Of a stretch of 32,929 bases of DNA, positions 23,816 to 32,929 are shown piece after piece (positions within the stretch are counted from its first letter, which is position 1; each line of letters opens with the position of its first letter). A program made the translations under genes and the position numbers. This DNA is from Peribolospora baueri (taxonomy: Eukaryota). The notes under the pieces are model-generated. The model was not told where the DNA came from and ran no database searches. It saw only the letters and a program-made list of their open reading frames with translations. The stretch spans positions 1-32,929 of the forward strand of contig JAMDHS010000137.1 of assembly GCA_029717555.1 (NCBI GenBank), in the 5' to 3' direction.

Positions 23816-24957
23816 TTACCTGCCATAGTCTGTCAACATATGAATGATGTGGGATGAGCATCATCCGCCAGCCGAAAGAGTTCTGACCCTCTTCATCTAC
23901 AAATGCGGCGAAGAAGGATCATCGGAGCTCACCCTTCGCCACCATCCCTTCCGGCGGCTCCGTCTTCACCTTCTCCTTGCCCACCTGACTCCAATTTGTG
24001 CTCAAAGCTGTCCCATTGCTCTCCATATAGCTCTTCATCATCGCCTTCTTCGTATCATCATCCGCATCGGCGTACAGCTTTTGGAAAAACGACTGCAGCT
24101 CCGCTTCTCCCCCCTTTTCCACGCTGGCCTCGTCGTCCTCCTCTGCGAGGATGGCGTCCCAGTTCTTGCGAGGCTTCGGAGGTGCGGTGGATGTGTGGCT
24201 GGAGGAGGTCGCCGCGGCGTAGTTAGGAGCTGATAGCGGAGGGAAGGATGAGCGAATGAGCCAGTCGTCCAGCGCGTAACCTGTGACCCTGACAATAAGC
24301 CTGAAGCGGCATGTGCGCTCCCTCGGACAATCGCCTTGATCGTACATGCAAAGCAAAACTCACCGACACTATCATCCAACACTCCCTCTTTCCCCTCCAG
24401 GGCGGCCCACCGGATGCCCGGCTTAGCCTTGGCGAGCGCGACGTCGATCTTGGAGTTGAAGATCTTGTAGGACGACTGGGCCGCATCGATGTCGTGCGCC
24501 AGAGGGTCAATGTCGAATACTGCTTCTGAACCGGTCGGGAGAGAGATGTTCAGCGCCAGCTGTCGAGAGCCGGAAAGGCAGTAGAGCACGGGGACGTAGG
24601 AAGAAGAAAAGGGTAGGGGCAAAGTGCGATGAGTTGGGACGGAACCTACTTGGCCGGCCATTCGCCGCCAACGAGCCAGGTGGTCTGGGCCAGAGGGCAC
24701 GACTCACTGATCGCCGTCCAAACTCCACCTTGACTTCATCTGGCTTGAGGTTTTTGACAAAGATGGAGACGTTGACGTGCGTGTCGGTCTGGTAGTATTC
24801 GTGCCTGGGGGATACGTCGAGATGAGCGGGGCGGTCCGATGGCGAAACGCACCAAGGGATCACAAAAACAGCTGGGAGCCTGGGGAGAGTGCCACCTTAA
24901 AGCGGTATGAATAGACGTGGCATCATCCACTTACCTCAGCTTGCCGGAGAAAGCCAT
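23816..24957 (-). CDS. SGT1: Sgt1 Hsp90 co-chaperone (CS + SGS domains only), ~208 aa, 5 exons
   Basis: Exons 24957-24935, 24804-24708, 24559-24364, 24229-23933 and 23829-23816, total 627 nt. CS domain: RHEYYQT...L.HDID...SKIDV.L.K...W..LE. SGS domain: KNWD...FFQKLYADADDDTKKAMMKSYMESNGTALSTNW..V...PPEGM. Confidence 0.93.
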
Positions 24958-25180
24958 GGTGGTACGGTACGGTATGGAGTGATGTGCGAGCAATCGTCGA
25001 GTCCGACTCGCCTCGCCGTCTTCCCCAGTCGCGCTTCCATCGATGCCAGTTAGCCGCCGCCTCGATCGACGTGCCGCAGCATTTGGTGGAGCGCCTATGC
25101 GAAGACACGAAAGCCAGACGCCCAGCTGGGCGGTACGAATTGAAGAGGGTCTCTCCCTTTCCTCGTTCCCTTCGATCAAC

Positions 25181-27859
25181 ATGTCGACTGAGCGGGCCAT
25201 GGCGTCGCCCCTCCCATCTCCAGCGACTCCCTCCACTCCCTCGATGAATCACCTTGGCAGGGCAAGCACCTCCAAGGGCGCCGCTCACCAGCAGAAGAAC
25301 ATCGTGCTGCCCCAGGCGGGCAGGGCGCCTTGGTACAGGGCTGATGGCAGCGTCCTGCCCGCTTACGTCGTCGGCGTCGCCGGCGGAAGTGCGAGCGGAA
25401 AGGTGAGCTTGACATTTGAAGGCGTCCTCAGGCTGGAGTCAGCTATTTTGACAGCACGAAAGGGGAGCACTCGCCTGGCGCGGAGCGCATCCACTGATAT
25501 TCTATGAACACCTTTCGCCTACGTCGGTTAGACCTCGGTCGCACAGGCCATCCTGAAGGCGTGCGATGTTCCGTGGGTTGCGATCGTTTCTCAGGTGAGC
25601 GTAGGGTTGAAGGCCAGTTGATGAGCTTGTACCAGTGGAGAAAGAGCGGCGACCCCGTCCTCCGTCACTCATCCTCTCTCGCTCCGCTTCCAGGACTCGT
25701 TCTACAAAGAGCTCACGCCAGCGCAGAGCAAGCTCGTGAGTTAGTCTTCCGGAAGATGTGCTAGGACATACATGGGAGCCATTTCTTTCCAGAGCGTTTT
25801 GTGACTTGTCCCCCCGCATTGGCTTCGTCTCGCAGGCGTTCGAGAGCAAGTTCGATTTTGACCACCCCTCGGCGTTCGATTATGATGTCCTTCGAGACGT
25901 GCGCTCATCACCTCATTTGTGCCTGCCGACGGTAAAAGTTCAGTTACTGACTCTATTTCTTTGACACCTCAGTGTATCGCAAATCTTAAGGCCTGCAATT
26001 CAGTCGAGGTGCGCTTTCTATCGCTCGACACTCTATGAGGGCCGATAGCTTAGAGAGCCCCTTGTATTCTTTCTCCGCTTCGCAGATACCCGTGTACAGC
26101 TTCGTTCATCACCAGCGCATGCAGGAGAAGACGTACATGTACGGAGCTGGTGTTGTTATCGGTCGGTGTCACTTATCCGCTACGTACACAGGCTCACAGA
26201 CCCGCTTCCAGATGTGACCTGTCCCTAACGGCCCCCATCCTATTGCTTCCCATCGCAAAAATGACAGTGGAAGGCATTTTTGTCCTCCACGACCCGCAAA
26301 CGCGCGACTTGCTCGACCTCAAGATCTTTGTCCAAGCCGACTCGGATCTGATGCTCGCGCGACGCATTCGCCGAGACACCAGAGAGCGAGGCAGGGATGT
26401 CGATAGCGTGTTGAACCAGTACCTCGCCTTCGTCAAGCCCAGCTATGATAATTTCGTTGTTCAGACTAGCAAGTTTGCTGATGTGGTCAGTGTCGTAAGG
26501 TCGTGCTAGTTAGCGGCGACGACGTCCGCGTTAGCCTTTTTGCTGATAGACCGTCATCTCGATCCTCCGACGGTCAGATTGTGCCCGGCCAGGACAACGA
26601 CGTAGCGATCGACCTTGTTGCCTCCCACGTCCGACGCCAACTTGCGGCTCGCTCGATGAGCTTCCGCACAGAACTGTCCCAGACACCATCAGCAGGCTTT
26701 CGAGAGCAGACCGACCCATTCAGCCATCTTCCTTACCCTCACGGCCTCGCCCCGCCGGCGGCAGGTGGCAGCTCGTCGCTGCCAATGCCTTCGAACGGGC
26801 TTACGACACCTGGACTGCTAAGTGCTACCGCGAGCCCGAGAAAGGTAGCCTTCGGAACCGGGTTGGAGATGGCGAGAGCCAACGAGGAGCAGGAGGTGCC
26901 GTCGAACGTGATCGCCCTTCCTCAAACGAACCAGATACGGGTACGTTGCGCAGATGACTGTTTTAATCCAAGATGATATGCAGTACCCGTCCGTGCACCG
27001 ATGGTTATTTGCTCATCTTTTTTTTTCGGTCCGATTGCGGTCTGACTCGTCGCATTTCGGGCTGGTTTCTCGTGCCTTCCAGGGCCTGCTGACCATTCTC
27101 CATGACAAGACGACGCCCAACGACGAATTCATTCTTACTTGCAAGCGCATCGCGGGTGTCGTCGTAGAGGCCGGCATCGCTCTATTGCCCTACCGCGATA
27201 AGACCATCGCCCTCATGACGAATGGACAACCGCATGTTGGCACTGAGATAGATGTGGAGGTGAGGAAGTCTTCGGTGGCGCCTTCAAATTCACTTGGCTG
27301 ACCGCGTCCACCACTTGCACTCCGCTTCGTGAAGGACTTCTGCGCCGTCTCCATCCTGCGCTCCGGAACAGTTCTCGAACCGGCTATTCGCCGCTGCCTT
27401 CCCGCTTGCTCCCTCGGCTCTTTGCTCATTCAATCCGACAGCAAGACGGGCGAACCTCACTTGTTCCTCGTCTCCCTTCCCCCATCTCTTCGCTCTCGTG
27501 CCACGTCCAAGAACTCTTGGGTGTTCCTGCTCGACGCCCAGATCGGTACGGGAGCGGCGGCGTTGATGGGCATTCGTGTCCTCCTAGATCACGGTGTCGC
27601 CCAGGAGAGAATCTTGTTCCTCTCCTTGCTCGCTTCGAAAAAGGGAGGCGTGTGGGCTATCAAGCGCGCCTTCCCTGGTGTGCGTGTCATCGTGGCCGGC
27701 ATGGACGACGGGCTTCAAGAGATGATCGTTAATGTCGGCGTCGAAGGCGAGCGTTCTTCCGATGAACATCAGCACGCCAACGGGGTGGAGGAAACCAAAA
27801 AGGTGTGGGCCATCGTCCCCGGCATGGGCAGCATTGGAGATCGCTTCTGGGGATCATGA
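25181..27859 (+). CDS. URK1: Uridine kinase with C-terminal UPRTase-like domain, ~10 exons
   Basis: Kinase domain: GRAPWY, P-loop GVAGGSASGK|TS, SQDSFYK, DFDHPSAFD, IPVYSF, VEGIF, ARRIRRD..ERGRD and FVKPSY. C-terminal UPRT-like domain: VSILRSG, GSLLIQSD..TGEP, LLDAQIGTGAAA and PGMGSIGDRF. Confidence 0.93.
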
Positions 27860-28016
27860 CCGGGCGGGGCGCAAACAGAGTTGACTGTCGCCTCTTGAAG
27901 GATTCATACCAAAAACGTGGGAACACATCCATGTCGTATTCCGGTATATATCGTACAAGGCAACCCAAGAGGTATATGTACAAGGAGCTTCTCTAGAGGT
28001 ATACTTATTACCCACG

Positions 28017-31000
28017 TCAATGCTTGACCCGTTTGACACGCTTCTGCTTGGCCGCGAATGTTGCGCCCTTCACCGCGACGGACAGGACGTCCCCAGAAGG
28101 TACACGCTGCACGTTGACTGGTTTCTCCCGGAGGATTTTGGGAGGCTCCGGCACTGTTACCGGCGGGGGCAGAGCCTCCATCGTCGCCGCGGTGGCTATG
28201 CTGGCGTTCGACTGAGAGCTCGATCTTCGTGACGGCTCGCTCGTAGCGACTTCCCCGTGCTGCCGATGCTCTTGCGGCTGCGTATCGCCGTTCTCGTCTG
28301 CCGCGGCCTGTCAGGGGGGGTAGATCGGAATGCATGCTCTATCAGTAAATCGGCAAACGCAGTTCCTACCCAAAGGCGCCTAAATACGTACGTCCGTGAC
28401 CAGCGTCGAGTTCGAGCCCGCGCCGTGATCGGCCTCGGTACCCAACGCTTCGAAGCTCAAATCGGCGTCCGACAAAGAGGCCGATACCGACGGTTCGCCA
28501 GCCTCCCTGCGACGCCGTCGCACCTCGGCCACAATTTCCGCCCGAGGTCGGGTGAGCGACCACGTGTCGCGGTAGTTCCACACGCGCTTCTGAGGCGTCT
28601 CGCCTGTGGGCTCGTCTTCGCGCATTCGCTTTTGTAAGTAGGTTCGCATCTCCGTCCCAAATTGGGTGAGAGTCGCTGTGGAGGAGCGGAGAAAGGTTGA
28701 ACCTGACTCCCGGAATGACGAGGTCTGGAAGCAACACGGCAATCGGATGGGAATGATCAATAATTCAGCCTCAGGTTGTTTGCTGCAAAGAAAAGGTTGT
28801 GCCTCGTGTTCCCTACTCACGGAGCCGAGAACGCCGCTCGTGGATGCCTCGATGTCGGCCTGAGTCGACGCCAGATTCTGCTTGAGCACTTCGTAAGTCG
28901 ATCTGACGCCGCCAGTGAGGCTATCGAGCTGCATGTCACGCTCTGACCGGGATGATTCGGCGCGTTGTCGAGCTGAAGCATTTGAGGAAAAGCGATGCTC
29001 GTGAGCAGAGGGGCGGTCACTATCATCCGCGCAAAAGCCGGTAGGCGCACGATATCTCACCTTCTAATCCTGCCGTCCGAACGGTCTGCAAGGTGTCAGC
29101 GACATTATGCATGTCCGCGTCGACGGTAGACGAAAGATTGGACTTGTAGGTCTCAAGCTTGTCCTTCATGTTCAACAGCGAGCGTGCAAGATCCTGATAG
29201 GGAAGAAAATAAAAGCTTCGCATTAGGACACTGCAACCGTCCAGTCGAAAAGAAAATGGCCAAGTGACTCACATTCCCCGTCTCATCGGCGTTGTGCACA
29301 GCTGATTGTGCCTGTGCGCTCATCTCTTCCGAGAAGGCCTTGCCAGAAGAGGCGATGTTCGACATGACATGTCCATGCCGCTCCGACAGCATCTCCAGGC
29401 CCTGCTCCGCCGACTGGTTGTGTCTCTGTAGTTCGTCGATAGCATCTCCCCTTTCATGTTCTCGTTCGTCGATGATCTCGGCTAACAGGGATGACACGGC
29501 GTTCACCACCTTATCCCGCATGGCGGTGTCCTTGGTTCGCTCGGCGGCGAGAAGCGCGCTGAGTCGAGCGTTCTGCGCTCGAAGGACCTCGATCTGTGAG
29601 AGAGTGGCGAAGGACGGGGGTTAGATGTAAGAGTAAAGGGAGGGACCGATATTCGAAAAACTGACCTCCCGGTTGGCGCTCGCCCGAACCATGATCCGAG
29701 CTTCTTCAATCCTCTCGCTTTCGCCGTTCATGTACCGATGCGTGGCCTCTAGCATGGAGCTGGACAGGTGTCCGAGCGAGCCGATCTGCTGGCGCAGGCG
29801 CTCAACTTCAGACTCGTGATCCTGGATGGTGCTGTTCACGACGCCCTCGCACGCCTCGCGCATGCCGTGCGCCTGCTCTCGAACGAGACCCTGCAAGCCC
29901 TTGCAAGACGCCTCAATCGTGGCTGCGAAAGTGGTGACCTCGGCAGCGGAGAGTGAGTGCCCTTCTCGAAGCGCGTTTGTAGCCACAGAGAGCTCTTCGA
30001 GATGTGCATCCAGGGATGTCCGCTTGGCGTCGAGCTGTTCGGCCTGCCTTCGGGAGAATCCCCCGAGACTGCTGCGAAGGCTCTGGGTAAATGTAAGGTG
30101 GGACCGCTCAAAGTCCTCTAGTTGCTTGTTTAACTGAGAGGCAATCCCGCTCAGCGTCCTTTGACACTCCTGCACCGCCTCTCGATTCGCCGCATCCACG
30201 CCGGCTAATCGCTCTGGGGATGAAGCGGAGTGTGGCGGCGATTCAGGGTCAACACGGCTTCACTAGTTGTCGGACGCGCCCGCAGCGCGCTCGCATTGCT
30301 CTACTCACCTAGCTTTGCAAAAAGACCGCCAACATCTTTTGTGCTCTCGTTAGCGACCGATTTCAGCATCTGAGCCACCTTATCGAGCCTGCTTTCGTTC
30401 ATTTCAAAACTCTTCCGGACCGCCACCTCCTCCTCAAGTCCGAGTCGATAATTGTTGACCTCCTTAAGCGTCCTCTCCAAATCCTCCCTCTTGCCCTCGA
30501 GCTCCCGGCTGATGTCCTTGAGCTCGCCCTCTTGCCTCTGCATGAGCAGCATGCTCGCCTCAAACTGCTCTTTAAGTGACATGTGCTGTACCTCGATCAC
30601 TTCCGTCTTGCGCTTCAGCTCCTCCGTCTGCACACGGCGGGCTTCGTGCTCGTCCGTGAGCTCCTTCCACGATTCGGTCGAGAGGTAGATGCCGTTCTTC
30701 TCCCGCGCGGCCTATGAAGCCGAGACATTTAAACGCATCGCAACGAGGTTCGGTCAATGGCCCATGGTAGCGCTGATACATTTGACTTGTGCTCAGCGGG
30801 ACCCCCACTCACCAACAGATCGCTCTTGAGCCTGTCTATCTCCGCCACATACTCCTTGATAAGGGCGCCCCTCGTCATGCGCTGGTTCACCTCGGGCCTG
30901 TTGCGGATCGTCTTGGCGCGGAGGGCGTAGTCGAGCGTGGAGAGCGTTTCTTCGAGATTCACGCGGGAAGGAGAGATGGTGGCAATGATACAGGTCTTGG

Positions 31001-32516
31001 TTCGACCGCCTAGAGAATCTTGCAGGAGGCGGGTGAGCTTCGACTCCCTTTGCGAGTTGCGAACGAAAGCGGATTAAGGTTAGGAGCGCGTGGGGCTTAT
31101 TAGTCGTCCGGTATCACTCACCGATAAGGAACGTGTTGACTGCGCTCGACCAAAGCGTTGATGACCCTGCCGAGCGTGAGCAAGCTCTGATTGATCATGC
31201 CCGCCTCACGAGCCCGCTTGTTCTCGGCGCCAGAGCGACCAATATTCTCCGAACCGGCGAGGTCGACGAGGTTGAGCTTGCCGACCTTGAGCAGATCCTC
31301 GCCCTTGGACGAGGTCTCCTTCGTGTGCACCGTGATGGAAAAGACAGAGTGGGAGCGGCTCGAATACTCATTCATCTTCGTCGCTGCCATCTGCCTCTTT
31401 TGGCTGCCTCTGCACAACACCGCCAGGCCTCCCGAGGCGTCCTTGACCGGAACTTCCTCCAGCCCCTGGATGACCACGCCCTTCTTGCTACCGTCTTCGA
31501 AGATCTTCAATCCACCGCTGGAACCGTCCCTTCCGGCGCTGCTGGAAGGGGGCGACATTGATGCCTCGGGGGCGAGGAGGTCGCGAAGCTCCTCGTTGTA
31601 GAGCTCCACATAGGAGACGCGCACAGAGTAGTCGACTCCGCTCACTTCGAGCTTGTGAAACAGGCGGTAGAGCGTGCGAGGAATGATGCCCGCGTTGGGC
31701 GAGTGCGTACCCAACCGCGGCGTCAGGTCTCCTTCCATGGTGAAACTGGGCGGAGAACAAGTTAGAGGGGACGTTGAGCCTGATGACCAGCTCCTCTGAC
31801 CGCAGCTTTCCAAAGGGAGAGACTCACGTCTTTCCTGTGCCCGTCTGGCCGTATGCAAAAATGGTACAGTTGTACCCCGACAGGACCTCATCCAACATCG
31901 GACTCACGACGTCCTGATAGATCAAGCTCTGGTCTGCCTCAGGCCCGAAGACGCGGTCGAAGGCATAAGTCCTTGACATGGCAGAGGAAGGCGGTGGCAC
32001 ACTCGAAGCGGAGGAAAGTGATTGAACAGAGGCAGGCTCAGAAGGCGGAATGATGGTACCGGCGGAGTTGGTGCGGATGAAGACTTCCTTCCCTCGCGCA
32101 CCCGTCGTAGAGAGGATCAATGACGGATCTTCGTTGAGTTCCTTTTGGGATAGGCCGCTGGGAGCGGAGGACCGTCCAGTCATCGCATAGAGAGCCAAGC
32201 GAACAAGAAAATTGTGCCAAACGGTAGTATAGAACCGTCAGAAAGACAAGTATGGGTTTTGGGGGCCATTGGGGACTCACCGACATCGCACGACCACCTG
32301 GATGTTGGTTTCCAGACCCTGCGCTGGAGGAAGCGCCCTCTTAGCCGCGCCGCCGGTCACAGATCGCATACGCTCCCTGGGAGGTGTGCTAGGAGGAATA
32401 CTACCTGCCGGCTTGGCCATCGCTGGGCGCTGGCGGATGCGAGTCGCTCCTTGAGAGGGCCCTGCGGAAGAGGTTGCGCCGGCGGCGGTGGAGCGCTGAC
32501 GGACCGATCCGGACAT
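28017..32516 (-). CDS. bimC: Kinesin-5 (BimC/Eg5/Cut7 family) mitotic motor, multi-exon
   Basis: Motor domain: [64 protein letters not shown] and [19 protein letters not shown]. Neck: IRNRPEVNQ...[10 protein letters not shown], followed by a coiled-coil stalk. BimC box: PTGETPQKR. The last exon ends ...[10 protein letters not shown] at 28017. Confidence 0.95.
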
Positions 32517-32888
32517 GGTGCAATAGATAAGATGGAGAGAGAGGAGCAGCGAGAAGCAGTTTGACAAAGCAGGATAAACAATGCTCTAAGGTACCAAAAA
32601 ATAAAAGATAGGAGAATAAAGGGAAGCGACGATGAGTCGTTGTCGTCGCCGTCGTCGTCGGTGGGAACGAAGGACTGGTTGAGATCAGTGAAGGTCATCA
32701 CGACGCGTCCATCGCATCGCGTCTCGGGCGTTGATGCACGTGACCTGCCTGGGCAATTCCCAGCCGACTGGCACACCTCTAGGATACGTTTTTCACCTCG
32801 ACCACCGTGACATGATCATCGGCGTGCGACGGGCAGTTTTCGTATCAAATCATCAGGTTTCGGTCGATCCAGACTCTGACGGCGACCA

Positions 32889-32927
32889 GGACGGAGCGTG
32901 GACGGAGCATGGACGGAGCGTGGACGG
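32889..32927 (+). repeat. Short tandem repeat, 11-bp unit GGACGGAGC(G/A)T x ~3.5
   Basis: ggacggagcgt ggacggagcat ggacggagcgt ggacgg at the window end. Confidence 0.85.
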
Positions 32928-32929
32928 CC

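Noticed and set aside
72..27859. Stop-codon readthrough (TGA-CTA) producing cryptic PTS1 extensions
   Set aside because: I checked the stop contexts of the protease, MMSDH, UCH, LtrA, anhydrosugar kinase and URK1 genes. None has TGA-CTA, and none of the extensions I could follow to a stop ends in an SKL-like tripeptide.
27329..27859. Degenerate PRPP-binding motif (LLDAQIGTG) in the UPRT-like domain of URK1
   Set aside because: A divergent, probably inactive UPRT-like domain is a known property of Urk1/UCKL1-type proteins, so it is not novel.
629..31601. Many long antisense ORFs (e.g. 629-1402, 3152-3931, 20245-20811, 31133-31561)
   Set aside because: They are shadows of GC-rich codon usage on the opposite strand of real exons, with no recognisable domains.
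5770..32516. A mitotic gene cluster (WDR8, SGT1, kinesin-5)
   Set aside because: The genes are separated by unrelated genes over more than 20 kb, and co-location is compatible with chance.
32889..32929. 11-bp tandem repeat as a CRISPR array or telomere
   Set aside because: It has no spacers, only about 3.5 units, and is not a TTAGGG-type repeat. The context is eukaryotic and gene-rich.

Overview
This is gene-dense, GC-rich, intron-rich eukaryotic DNA with GT-AG introns (GTGAGT/GTGCGT/GTAAGT donors) and many short exons. It is most consistent with a basidiomycete fungus, which is an inference from intron style and protein sequences. The six-frame ORF track is mostly exon fragments and antisense shadows. 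Manual splicing gives 12 apparently intact protein-coding genes: a secreted A1 aspartic protease (-), methylmalonate-semialdehyde dehydrogenase (-), a WDR8/WRAP73-like WD40 protein (-), a Yuh1/UCH-L3 deubiquitinase (+), the Set2 H3K36 methyltransferase (+), an uncharacterised protein ending in the peroxisomal signal SKL (-), an LtrA-family membrane protein (-), a levoglucosan-kinase/AnmK-family anhydrosugar kinase (-), an RRM-only Cyp33/PPIE-like protein (+), a TPR-less Sgt1 (-), uridine kinase Urk1 (+) and kinesin-5/BimC (-). I saw no mobile elements, CRISPR arrays, rRNA or tRNA genes. Most of the window is ordinary housekeeping sequence. The best candidate for something undescribed is the co-oriented trio at 14.6-21.9 kb (anhydrosugar kinase, LtrA membrane protein, peroxisomal unknown), and that link is speculative. 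A chain of overlapping start-stop mini-uORFs at the protease start codon is also notable. All family assignments are from motif recognition; no database search was run.
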